Source of the DNA: a gamma proteobacterium SCGC AB-629-P17
GTDB lineage: Bacteria; Pseudomonadota; Gammaproteobacteria; PS1; Pseudothioglobaceae
DNA: 64,000 nt
Assembly: GCA_000372785.1 (NCBI GenBank)
Contig: KB889769.1
Coordinates: 27,153-91,152 of the forward strand
Reading direction: 5' to 3'
Shown: piece by piece, positions 52,063-61,782 of the stretch
Layout of the letters: each line of letters begins with the position of its first letter
How positions within the stretch are numbered: the first letter of the stretch is position 1
Made by a program: the position numbers and the translations under genes
Notes under the pieces: model-generated
What the model saw: the letters and a program-made list of their open reading frames with translations, nothing else
Told to the model about the DNA's origin: nothing
Database searches by the model: none

Positions 52063-53796
52063 ATGTCACTTCTTTCTCAAATTACTTTTTTATTAAATAA
52101 AAAGAACAAATTAAAAGCAGTTAAATTATTTTTATTGATGATGCTAGGTATGCTTTTTGAGATAGCTGGTGTCGGACTAATTATTCCAATTCTTGCTGTT
52201 ATTAACAATAATGATATAGCTAGTAATAATATTTATTTTGCAAAATTCTTGGAATTTATAAATTCTTTTGAATCTTTTACTCCAATTCTAACGGTGATGA
52301 TTTTGTTTGGATTGTTTTATATATTTAAAGCTTTTTATGTGGTCTATTTATCATGGGAGCAATCTAAATTTGTTTTTTTATTGCAAGCTGAATTGTCAAA
52401 AAAATTATTTTTAGGCTACCTAAAGCAACCATATACATTTCACTTGCAAAAAAATTCTTCAGAGCTTCATAGGAATGTGGATGAAACTGCAGATATTGCT
52501 GCAGCTGTTAATGCTTCAGCAATTTTTATTAGTGAATTACTTGTCCTAATTGGAATAATAATTCTTTTATTGTTTATTGAGCCCTTTGGAACAATGATAG
52601 TAATCATTCTCTTTATTTTTGCTTCTTTGACTCTTTATATATTAACAAAGGACATATTGAAGAATTATGGAGCTCAAAGGCACAAAGACGAAAGTCATAG
52701 GTTAAGGCACTTGAAGCATGGGTTGACAGGAATAAAGATAATTAAAGCTTTTGGTTTTGAAGATTATTTTGCTAATAAGTTTGCATTTTTTATTGATAGT
52801 GTAGCAAATATAAATAAAAAACAAACAGTTATAAGGGGACTACCGAGAATCCTACTAGAGACTACCACTGTCATTAGTTTGGTTTTTTTGGTATCAGTTT
52901 TAACCCTTAAAGACCAGACTAGTTCTGAAATTATTACTATTATTGCAGTTTTTGGAGCTGCTGCATTTAGACTTACTCCATCGTTTAATAAATTAATTGG
53001 AAGTGCTCAGTCATTACGCTATGTTAGTCCTGTTATAAATACCCTCTTTAACGAGTTTAAAAACCTAAATAAATTGCCTCAGGAAGGAGAATTGTCAAGA
53101 GATAATATAGTTCATCCTTCGATAATTATTTCTTCTTCTTTAGAGATCAATAATGTCTCTTTAAAGTATCCTGAATCGGAAGCATTAATATTAAAAGATC
53201 TTAGTTTAATTGTTAATTATGGTGATATGGTTGGAATTACTGGAGAGAGTGGCTCTGGTAAAAGTAGTTTAATTGATGTAATTATGGGGTTAATTCCATT
53301 GAACAAAGGATCTGTGAGAGCTGATAATACTGACATTACTGATAATTTATCTGGATGGCAAAAAAATATTGGATATGTCCCCCAAGATGTTTTTTTAACT
53401 GATGATTCAATTAGTTCTAATATTGCATTTGGAGTTGAAGATGATTTAATAGACGAAGCTGCTCTTAATTTAGCAATTAAAATGTCGAGTTTAATGAGTT
53501 TTATAGAAAGTCTTCCATTAGGTGTCAAAACTATAGTCGGTGAAAATGGTGTTCGTTTATCTGGTGGACAGCGACAGAGAATAGGAATTGCTCGTGCTTT
53601 ATATAACAATCCATCACTTTTAATATTTGATGAGGCTACAAGTGCCTTAGATTTAGAAACTGAGAAGAAAATTATGGATACAATTTATGAAATATCAAAT
53701 GATAGGACTCTTATAATTGTTGCTCATAGGCTTGATACATTGAAGTATTGTAATAAGGTATTTGTTTTGAAAAATGGATCTCTTAAGCCAAATTAA
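52063..53796 (+). CDS. Second ABC exporter, fused TMD+NBD (PglK/Wzk-like)
   Basis: GESGSGKS, LSGGQRQRIGIARALY, FDEATSALD, AHR; ATG 52063 preferred. Confidence 0.88.
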   Translation: MSLLSQITFLLNKKNKLKAVKLFLLMMLGMLFEIAGVGLIIPILAVINNNDIASNNIYFAKFLEFINSFESFTPILTVMILFGLFYIFKAFYVVYLSWEQSKFVFLLQAELSKKLFLGYLKQPYTFHLQKNSSELHRNVDETADIAAAVNASAIFISELLVLIGIIILLLFIEPFGTMIVIILFIFASLTLYILTKDILKNYGAQRHKDESHRLRHLKHGLTGIKIIKAFGFEDYFANKFAFFIDSVANINKKQTVIRGLPRILLETTTVISLVFLVSVLTLKDQTSSEIITIIAVFGAAAFRLTPSFNKLIGSAQSLRYVSPVINTLFNEFKNLNKLPQEGELSRDNIVHPSIIISSSLEINNVSLKYPESEALILKDLSLIVNYGDMVGITGESGSGKSSLIDVIMGLIPLNKGSVRADNTDITDNLSGWQKNIGYVPQDVFLTDDSISSNIAFGVEDDLIDEAALNLAIKMSSLMSFIESLPLGVKTIVGENGVRLSGGQRQRIGIARALYNNPSLLIFDEATSALDLETEKKIMDTIYEISNDRTLIIVAHRLDTLKYCNKVFVLKNGSLKPN

Positions 53797-53873
53797 TTAA
53801 AATTAATAGTCTTTAAGTTATTGTTATTTTTCATCAAAGAGCTACAATGTCTTAATAACGAATTTGTATTTAT

Positions 53874-54659
53874 CTACCAAGCCGTAAGTCCACCATCAAT
53901 AATAAAATTTTGTCCTGTCACATAACTTGATGAATCAGAAAGTAGATATAAAACTATCCCTACTAACTCTTCTCTATCAGCCATTCTTTCCATGGGAACA
54001 CGACTACTGTAGGCCTTTACAAATTGATCATTGTGATCATTAAACACTCCACCAGGTGTAACGCAATTCACTCGAATAGTCCCTCCCCACCATGTCGCAA
54101 GCCATTTTGTTAAACCAATTACACCTGATTTACTTGCTGAGTAGCCTGGAAACGATTTGAAGGACTGACCTTCATAAATACGATGATCAGGTCCCACGAC
54201 TCCGTAAATACTTGAAATATTAACTAGACTCGCACTAGTGCTAGTAGATTTCATTAAACGGCCTGCTTCTCGTGCTACCAAAAATGTACCTGTTAGATTA
54301 ATATTTACTGTTTTTTCCCAAACTTCAAGAGGATATTCTTCAAATTCAGCAAATGATTGTCCAGATTCCATTAATCCTTCAGTTGTTGCCGCGGCATTAT
54401 TAATAACACCATCTAATCCTCCAAGTTTTTCAGAACAATAATTTATACAATCAATTACTGATTTTTCGGAAGAGACATCAACTATCACACCTAATGCATC
54501 TATCTTTTGAGCAAACGATAGTACATCAGTCTGTTCTTTATCTGCAATTATAAGATTAGCACCTTTTTTCGCCAGTGCGGATGCATAAACTCTTCCTAAA
54601 ACTCCAGTCGCACCTACTAATAGGATGCGCTTACCAGAAATATCAACAATTTCACTCAT
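53874..54659 (-). CDS. SDR oxidoreductase (PtmA/ElaC-like)
   Basis: GATGVLG, NNAA, SSIYG, YSASK, PGGVF, DGG.TAW. Confidence 0.85.
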   Translation of the reverse strand: MSEIVDISGKRILLVGATGVLGRVYASALAKKGANLIIADKEQTDVLSFAQKIDALGVIVDVSSEKSVIDCINYCSEKLGGLDGVINNAAATTEGLMESGQSFAEFEEYPLEVWEKTVNINLTGTFLVAREAGRLMKSTSTSASLVNISSIYGVVGPDHRIYEGQSFKSFPGYSASKSGVIGLTKWLATWWGGTIRVNCVTPGGVFNDHNDQFVKAYSSRVPMERMADREELVGIVLYLLSDSSSYVTGQNFIIDGGLTAW

Positions 54660-55369
54660 AACAATCCATGTTTTTTCTTCATTAAATATTCAACTAACTG
54701 GAAATCAAATTCTGAGTCTATATCTAGACTTTTATCAGTTCCAATATCATACCCTTCAGCGTGTCCACTCAACAAATGATCCCTTTTAAATAAATGATTA
54801 GGTAATATTGCATATATGCTAGCCACATGCTCATAAACCTTAGGTGCATCTTGCCTTCTAATGATAGTTGGAACTATTGATTTACTTATTCGCATAGCTC
54901 CACTTTTATCAGCTTCCACCAAATTGAAATATGGATTTTTTCTTGCTTTGCATACTGTAAAAACTGTATCAACCCCTCGCTCCCTGGATTCTCTTAGCTG
55001 TTTAATTGTATTACTTACATCAGTTACATCTCTAAGTGGATTTGTACAGTCTAAATCAACAAAGATTTCATACTTTTCATTATAAAATTTTTCGCAAGTA
55101 TTCAAAGCATGTTTCCAAACATCAAATTTACCAACATCCGAGCCTGACAAAGATTCTGGCCTCATAAAAGGAACATCGGCGCCAGTCTGAATTGCGATAT
55201 TAGCAATTTCTTTTGAGTCTGTAGAAACAACTACTCTATCAATTTCAGGTACAGCTAATGCAGATTCTATTGTCCAAACAATTAAAGGTTTTCCCAGTAG
55301 CTGCTTAATGTTTTTTCCTGGCAAGCCTTGGCTCCCTCCACGAGCACCTATCACACAAAGAATTGTCAT
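54656..55369 (-). CDS. Acylneuraminate cytidylyltransferase (LegF/PtmB/ElaB-like)
   Basis: GARGGSQGLPGKN, DLDCTNPLR, NPYFN, RRQDAP, DIDSEFD. Confidence 0.9.
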   Translation of the reverse strand: MTILCVIGARGGSQGLPGKNIKQLLGKPLIVWTIESALAVPEIDRVVVSTDSKEIANIAIQTGADVPFMRPESLSGSDVGKFDVWKHALNTCEKFYNEKYEIFVDLDCTNPLRDVTDVSNTIKQLRESRERGVDTVFTVCKARKNPYFNLVEADKSGAMRISKSIVPTIIRRQDAPKVYEHVASIYAILPNHLFKRDHLLSGHAEGYDIGTDKSLDIDSEFDFQLVEYLMKKKHGLL

Positions 55370-56388
55370 AATATAATTTCCTTTAGGTCAACTAATGAAT
55401 TTTTCTTGGAGGATAATCTTGCACCTTCAGCAATACATAAAGCTGCAATTCCATCTTCAATTGAGCAAAGTGGTGGAATTTCTGGTTGTTCTAGACGATT
55501 AATAAAATGTTTCATATGAGAAATAAAAAGAGAATTACGATTAAAATCATCTGGAATTTGATCAACCACTGTTGATAAACCATCTTTTTTATAGGTTAAT
55601 GTGCCTTTTACATAATCCCAACAAAAAACAGCTTTTTGATAGACAAGATCAAATCCTCTCCTATAATCTGGGCTTAACATATCCATTTGTACTTGTCCTG
55701 TAGCACCATTAGAATTTATTAAAATCATATTCACAAGATCTTCTGTATTCATCTCTTGGTCACTTACATGGCTAAGACATGCAACAACCTTTTCTACTGG
55801 CCCAGCAAACCAATAAACAAGATCTATTTCATGAATAAGGTCAAGCAAAGCACCACCGCCTTTTAAAGTATTAGCACTATAACTCTCTCTATAATCTGTC
55901 CCTGGTCGCCAATTTTCAAGTCTATGCCCAACAACTGCACGATAAGTGTATAAGGGCCCATAATCACCTTGTATTATTAATTTGTGCAGTTTTTGAAGAT
56001 TTGGATGGGAACGTAGTTGACAGCCAACTTCAAATACAAGTTGATTTTTTTTCACAAGATTCAAAAGTTCATTCAACCCTATCAATTTGTTTGAAATAGG
56101 TTTTTCAATAAAAATGGCTTTATTCATCTTTGCCGCTTTTAAGGCTAAATCAATATGAGTACTAGTTATTGTTGCTATTACAACTGCATGAGCTTGACTA
56201 ATCGCCTCATCAATTGACTTATAGACGATAACATCCAACTCATCTTTTAATTTATCTAATAGTTCGGTACGTCTCCTCCAGACTAAAACCTGCACTCCAA
56301 GAGACTTAAGGTTATTGATATGACGAATCCCGATTGATCCTGCACCACAAACAAGGACTTTAACAGAACTTATTTCTCTATTTTGCAT
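55366..56388 (-). CDS. Gfo/Idh/MocA oxidoreductase (PtmF/ElaA-like)
   Basis: GAGSIGIRH, FIEKP, WRPGTDYR.SYSA, GGGALLDLIHEID; ATG 56388 preferred. Confidence 0.85.
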   Translation of the reverse strand: MQNREISSVKVLVCGAGSIGIRHINNLKSLGVQVLVWRRRTELLDKLKDELDVIVYKSIDEAISQAHAVVIATITSTHIDLALKAAKMNKAIFIEKPISNKLIGLNELLNLVKKNQLVFEVGCQLRSHPNLQKLHKLIIQGDYGPLYTYRAVVGHRLENWRPGTDYRESYSANTLKGGGALLDLIHEIDLVYWFAGPVEKVVACLSHVSDQEMNTEDLVNMILINSNGATGQVQMDMLSPDYRRGFDLVYQKAVFCWDYVKGTLTYKKDGLSTVVDQIPDDFNRNSLFISHMKHFINRLEQPEIPPLCSIEDGIAALCIAEGARLSSKKNSLVDLKEIIL

Positions 56389-57373
56389 ACAGATCAATAT
56401 CAAATAGATGGATATTTTTTTCAATCCAACTATAAGTCATCTCTAATCCATTACGAAATGACACCTCGCTTTTCCAGTCTGTGTATTTTTTTATTTTTCT
56501 ATTGTCTGCCAACAAACGATTCACTTCACTTTTATCTGGACGAATACGTTCCTCATCAGTTATCACTTCTATTTCACAACCGGCTATTTCTGAAAGCAGT
56601 TTAACAGTTTGTGCAATTGACCACTCCTCACCAGATCCAATATTTATCACTTCACCTTCAATATTATCTGATAGTGCTAGTGAAATCATTCCGTTTACAG
56701 TATCAGTAACATAATTAAAATCACGCGTAGGTGATAGTGAACCAAGCTTAAGTTGCCTCTTCCCGGCAATCAATTGACTTGCAATTGTAGGGATAACAGC
56801 TCTTGCAGTTTGGCGAGGCCCAAAAGTATTAAAAGGTCTAGCAATTACCACAGGTAATCCAAAAGATAAATAGTAACTCTCTGCCATTTTGTCAGCGCCT
56901 ATCTTACTAGCAGAATAAGGAGACTGCCCACTCAGAGGGTGTAGTTCATCTATCGGAGTATATTGAGCTGTCCCATAGGTTTCAGATGTTGAGACATGAA
57001 CCAATCTTGTTAAGTTGTCTGAATTTCTGCAGGCCTGAAGAATATTTAAAGCTCCAATTATATTGGTTTCAATATAGGATCGTGGTGCATGATAACTGTA
57101 TGGAATTGCAATCAGGCTAGAAAGGTGAATAACAAACTCATACCCTTTAACAAGTTCTAGCATATGATCGCTATCGCGGATATCGCCTTTCACTATTTCA
57201 ACCTTTTCCAAAAAATCATAGGGAATATCCTTCAACCAACCTATTTCATTCCAAGAGTTATAGAAGACAAGTGCTCTTACTGTTGCACCTTGCTTAACAA
57301 GCTGTTCTACCAAATGACTTCCAATAAAGCCATCTGCACCAGTTATAAAGAATTTTTTTCCAGCAATATTCAT
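56378..57373 (-). CDS. legB: NDP-GlcNAc 4,6-dehydratase (LegB/LgaA-like)
   Basis: TGADGFIGSHL, LIAIPYSY, STSETYG, QSPYSASKIGAD, RPFNTFGPRQ, SEV.RL. Confidence 0.85.
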   Translation of the reverse strand: MNIAGKKFFITGADGFIGSHLVEQLVKQGATVRALVFYNSWNEIGWLKDIPYDFLEKVEIVKGDIRDSDHMLELVKGYEFVIHLSSLIAIPYSYHAPRSYIETNIIGALNILQACRNSDNLTRLVHVSTSETYGTAQYTPIDELHPLSGQSPYSASKIGADKMAESYYLSFGLPVVIARPFNTFGPRQTARAVIPTIASQLIAGKRQLKLGSLSPTRDFNYVTDTVNGMISLALSDNIEGEVINIGSGEEWSIAQTVKLLSEIAGCEIEVITDEERIRPDKSEVNRLLADNRKIKKYTDWKSEVSFRNGLEMTYSWIEKNIHLFDIDLYAK

Positions 57374-57383
57374 AGTTATTTAC

Positions 57384-58439
57384 CTAATTATCTTTAAATT
57401 CATTTCTAGCATTTTCTAAATCTGCCTCAGTGCCAATATCTGACCAGTATTCATGAAGAGGAAATACTGACACACTGCCTCCATCACTTATACATTGTTC
57501 AATTACATCTGTCATATTTAGAAATTTTTGTGATTTAATATCATTAATTATTTGAGGTGTAAGAACATATATTCCAGCATTACAAAAAAATCTTTGTGAT
57601 GGTTTTTCCTCTATAGAAGTAATTTTAACTCCTTCATATTTGATAACTCCATAAGGTATTTCAATACGATAATCTTTCGCAGTTACGGTAATATCCGCTT
57701 GATGATCTGCATGAAATTGATAAAGATGTGAAAAATCCGATGTAGTCACAATATCACCATTTATTACTAAAATAGGATCTTGGTAATTCAAATCTGGAAT
57801 TAGACCTAAGGCACCTGCTGTGCCTAACTTTTCTGTCTCATTAATGTATTTAATTTGTACCCCATAATCTTTTCCATCACCGAAGTAATCCTTAATGAGA
57901 TTACCAAGATAATTAATAGATATATAAATATTAAAGACTCCTATACTTTTTAGGCTTTCCATCTGCCTTTCCAATAATGGAATGCCATTAATCTCAATCA
58001 TTGGCTTTGGAATATTCTTTGTAAGAGGACGCAGTCTTGAACCTTCACCACCTGCCATAATTATTGCAGCAGCGAATGTTTTTTCATCAACTAAATCTTT
58101 TTTTGTAGAAATGTCTGTTTTATATATTATCCTTATAAATTTATTCTCATTGTCTACTAGTGGAATCCCACGAATATTATTCTTAAAAAACAATTCTCTC
58201 AATACACTATCTGGCATATCAACCCAAGCAGATATTGGATTAGAGTTCATGACATCTAATACAGAAGCATCTAAAGAATGCCCATCAAGGATATGACGAC
58301 GTATATCACCATCAGTTAGTGTTCCTAATAATAAGTTGTTCTCAGTAGAAACAACTACTACTATCCTTTCAGAGTTCTTCTCAATCGCACGAATCGCATC
58401 AACAATTGAAGCTGTAGGCTCAAGGCAATTAATATTCAT
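57384..58439 (-). CDS. CBS-domain nucleotidyltransferase (PtmE/LgaF-like)
   Basis: GTLTDGDIRR CBS pair; MAGGEGSRLRPLT..PKPM, LGTAGAL, YWSDIG; ATG 58439 preferred. Confidence 0.88.
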   Translation of the reverse strand: MNINCLEPTASIVDAIRAIEKNSERIVVVVSTENNLLLGTLTDGDIRRHILDGHSLDASVLDVMNSNPISAWVDMPDSVLRELFFKNNIRGIPLVDNENKFIRIIYKTDISTKKDLVDEKTFAAAIIMAGGEGSRLRPLTKNIPKPMIEINGIPLLERQMESLKSIGVFNIYISINYLGNLIKDYFGDGKDYGVQIKYINETEKLGTAGALGLIPDLNYQDPILVINGDIVTTSDFSHLYQFHADHQADITVTAKDYRIEIPYGVIKYEGVKITSIEEKPSQRFFCNAGIYVLTPQIINDIKSQKFLNMTDVIEQCISDGGSVSVFPLHEYWSDIGTEADLENARNEFKDN

Positions 58440-59665
58440 CGATACCAACCGTTTTTAGACTCACCACTTAGTGTCATTCGCTTTCTAATAAGTTTTTCAT
58501 TAATCGGAGTACTCGCTATAATATCGGCTATCTTTTTCCCAGCGTCTCCAAGATAATAAGGATTATCAGTTTCACGACAGGCCTTCCTAAAATCCTTATC
58601 TCTAAAACACGTTTGTACTGCACCTAAAATTGTTTGTTTGTCATATTTTACATCAATAACATTTTTTCCTCTGAGCCTCCCCTTCTGACGACTGCCAATA
58701 TTAACTGTTGGACAACCAAATACGGGCGTTTCCTTAATACCAGATGAAGAATTTCCTACACAGGCAATCCTATACTTGGGATTTTTGGCAAGCGCAAGAA
58801 TTCCATGGTACATATATCTACCCAAGGAACGATAAACCTGTATACCAGAAATAGATCGAGAATTCATTTCATCAAGTTTATTAGTAATTGCCATACCACC
58901 AGCGTCATTATTTGGATAAGTTGCAATAACTTGTACACCTTGATCAGCCAAAGCTTCAAGTGCACCCAAAGAAGTGGAGACTTGATCTGTTGCAGCGTCA
59001 AACTCTGTTGTTACCGAATGCTGAGTAAATAAAATAATCGGATTATCTAAATCTAAATTTAAGCAACTAATAATTTCCTCTGGAGAAGCATAATTACCTT
59101 CAGAAATCAAATCTATTGCAGGGAAGCCAACTGTATGAACTCTCCAAGATTCCTCTCCCATGCCTAGAATACGATTACTTGCCTGTTGGTTGGTAGTAAA
59201 ATGTAGATGCGCAAGCTTCGTCATGGCATGTCTTACTGAATCATCCAACGCACCGCCTTCTGTTAAATCACCACCTTCAATATGGGCAGTCGGAATACCC
59301 ATTTGAGTTGATGCTACTAGTGCCGCCATACCTTCAAACCGGTCAGCATATACAACTAACATATCTGGTTTTAATTTAGTGAGTGCTTTTCCAATAGAAA
59401 TAATCCCCGAACCAATCGCTTGGACATTAGACTCTAATGTTTCAGCATCCATTTGTATCTTAACTTCTTCATCAATTCTGAATCCATCTTTCTTAATTTC
59501 ATCTAATGTTTGCCCAAAATTCTTATCTAAGTGAGCACCTGAAACAATTAATCGATAATCCAATTTTGGGTGCATATCAATCGCTTTTAACACAGGGAAT
59601 TGCAGGCCATATTCAGCTCTATTGCCAGTAAAAACAGCAATAACTTTGTTATTTATATTTGTCAT
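58436..59665 (-). CDS. neuC: Hydrolysing NDP-sugar 2-epimerase (NeuC/LegG)
   Basis: TGNRAEYG, ADRFE, HIEGGD, RHAMTKLAHLHF, GNSSSGI.E, NIGSRQ.GR; ATG 59665 couples to upstream TGA. Confidence 0.9.
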   Translation of the reverse strand: MTNINNKVIAVFTGNRAEYGLQFPVLKAIDMHPKLDYRLIVSGAHLDKNFGQTLDEIKKDGFRIDEEVKIQMDAETLESNVQAIGSGIISIGKALTKLKPDMLVVYADRFEGMAALVASTQMGIPTAHIEGGDLTEGGALDDSVRHAMTKLAHLHFTTNQQASNRILGMGEESWRVHTVGFPAIDLISEGNYASPEEIISCLNLDLDNPIILFTQHSVTTEFDAATDQVSTSLGALEALADQGVQVIATYPNNDAGGMAITNKLDEMNSRSISGIQVYRSLGRYMYHGILALAKNPKYRIACVGNSSSGIKETPVFGCPTVNIGSRQKGRLRGKNVIDVKYDKQTILGAVQTCFRDKDFRKACRETDNPYYLGDAGKKIADIIASTPINEKLIRKRMTLSGESKNGWYR

Positions 59666-60483
59666 AGTAGCTTCACAATTGATTGCTTTAGTGTTAATTT
59701 TGGATTCCATTTATACATTTTTTTTATTTTTTCAATTTTCACCACATTATACGAATGAGAGGTAATATTCTTGATTGATTTGACAGGTCTTGTCTCTTGA
59801 TCAACTGTTTTCAAGACCATTTCAGCTAATTCTTTAATGGACACGCCAATACCACTTCCAATATTATAAATACCTGAACCGCCATTAATGACCATCATTA
59901 TTAGTGCATTTACTACATCATCTAACGCAATAAAATCCCTTATTGGCCTATCATTCTGTACATATAAAGGTCCATTTTTTAAAGTTTGAGAAAAAATATC
60001 TGATAAAACATTATTTTTAGACATATTCTGTCCAATTACATTGGTTAACCTAGCTACTATTCCACCCGCATTGAGAACTCTGTTTTCATTATTAATCTTC
60101 ATTAATGTATAACGATCATAAGGCGTTACTAGGGTCTCTTCTATAAATGGCTCTATTCCAATATCTCCATAAACGACGGAAGATGAGCAATAAATTACAT
60201 TGTTATATTTTTTCTCAAGCAATTCATCCAAAGTTTTTTCCGCATTAACAATAACACTTTCATCAGAATTATTGATAAATTGACGATTAGAATGTTCGGC
60301 GAAATGGATTAATATATCTCCAAAAGGAGCTTCATTATAATCAGAAACATGTAAATATGGCTGATCAACTTTAGATCTTGACACAGGGATAACTTCAAAA
60401 TCTTTCAACAGCCTAAGTTTTTTAACTAATGCACCACCAATAAAACCAGATGCACCTGTTACAACAACTTTATACAACTTCAT
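59662..60483 (-). CDS. NAD-dependent epimerase/dehydratase
   Basis: TGASGFIG, SSSVVYG, YTLMK, RDFI, YNIGSG. Confidence 0.8.
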   Translation of the reverse strand: MKLYKVVVTGASGFIGGALVKKLRLLKDFEVIPVSRSKVDQPYLHVSDYNEAPFGDILIHFAEHSNRQFINNSDESVIVNAEKTLDELLEKKYNNVIYCSSSVVYGDIGIEPFIEETLVTPYDRYTLMKINNENRVLNAGGIVARLTNVIGQNMSKNNVLSDIFSQTLKNGPLYVQNDRPIRDFIALDDVVNALIMMVINGGSGIYNIGSGIGVSIKELAEMVLKTVDQETRPVKSIKNITSHSYNVVKIEKIKKMYKWNPKLTLKQSIVKLL

Positions 60484-60488
60484 AACAT

Positions 60489-61547
60489 TTAATCAGTTAT
60501 ATCATCGAATCGTAAATGTCGATCAGTCTGTATATCATTTGATGCATGCTTACCTAAAATATCGTTGAATAAATTTGCCGAAATTTCTCCCGTTCCTGGT
60601 CGTTTTACCCAAATATTATTCTTAGTTAAGCGCTGTCCTTTTTTGATATCAGAAATTGAAACAACTGTGGCAAATGCAAAGTCAATGGTAACCTGCTCCT
60701 CCTTAGCTGCCTCTTTTTTACCACCTCGCATTTTTGATATCTCTACACTGCCATTAATAAGCTCTGTTAATGATACTGGATCCATTGAATTAACAATATC
60801 TGGGCCCACTCTATCCATAGAGTCTGTGAAATGTCTCTCTAAAATTGATGCTCCAAGTGCTACAGCACCAAAACATGCTAGATTAGAGGTTGTATGATCT
60901 GATAAGCCAATTATTGCATTCGGAAATTCTTTTTGTAATTCTTGCATTGCACCTAAACGAACTAGATGTGAAGGGGTAGGGTACAAATTTGTGGTATGCA
61001 ATAAAGCATACGGTACTTTATACTGCTCTAAAATTTCAACTGTTTTTTTCACCGAATCAATATTATTCATACCTGTACTTACAATCATTGGCTTTCCAAA
61101 TCCTGCTATATGCTCAATCAAAGGGGTATTGTTACACTCTCCAGACCCAATCTTATACGCACAAACTTCCATTCTTTCTAAACGATCTGCAGCCTCTCTT
61201 GAAAAAGGCGTACTGATAAAAATTACTCCTTTAGACTCTACATATTCTTTGAGCTTAATTTCATCTTCCTCGGATAGTGCACAACTTTCCATAATTTCAT
61301 AGATTGATATATCTGCATTATCAGGAATAATCTCCTTGGCAGTCGATGCCATTTCATCTTTCACCACATGAGTCTGGTGTTTTATCACCTCAGCACCAGA
61401 AGAGATCGCAGCATCCACCATTTGATAAGCTATATTTAGATCTCCTCCATGGTTGATACCTATTTCAACAATAACTAAAGGAGTATGATCGATCCCTATT
61501 TTACGGCCACAAATTTTAATAACTTTATTTTTATAGTCTTTATTCAT
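60489..61547 (-). CDS. neuB: N-acetylneuraminate synthase, Neisseria SiaC / C. jejuni NeuB1-like
   Basis: [56 protein letters not shown]; ATG 61547 preferred. Confidence 0.9.
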   Translation of the reverse strand: MNKDYKNKVIKICGRKIGIDHTPLVIVEIGINHGGDLNIAYQMVDAAISSGAEVIKHQTHVVKDEMASTAKEIIPDNADISIYEIMESCALSEEDEIKLKEYVESKGVIFISTPFSREAADRLERMEVCAYKIGSGECNNTPLIEHIAGFGKPMIVSTGMNNIDSVKKTVEILEQYKVPYALLHTTNLYPTPSHLVRLGAMQELQKEFPNAIIGLSDHTTSNLACFGAVALGASILERHFTDSMDRVGPDIVNSMDPVSLTELINGSVEISKMRGGKKEAAKEEQVTIDFAFATVVSISDIKKGQRLTKNNIWVKRPGTGEISANLFNDILGKHASNDIQTDRHLRFDDITD

Positions 61548-61782
61548 ATTTAAATTTAAATTAGTCAATCAGTAGAAAGTTTAAAAGCAACTAAATCTAT
61601 CCTTATAGAGATCAAATTATTGATCTTTCCAAATGAAAAAATTTAGAATCTAAGTATCTTAATTAAATTTTACTTCTACCGTTGCACCTCCCCTGGATTA
61701 TTCGTCAAAATTCTATACATAGCTCACTATTTATATTGAGATCAAACAGAATGCCAACTTTAATATTCATATATACTACGAA

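Noticed and set aside
1292-61302. Numerous 60-160 aa ORFs overlapping larger genes (e.g. 18787-19278, 53217-53609, 57982-58296, 60565-60897)
   Set aside because: Shadow frames nested in well-supported genes; no motifs
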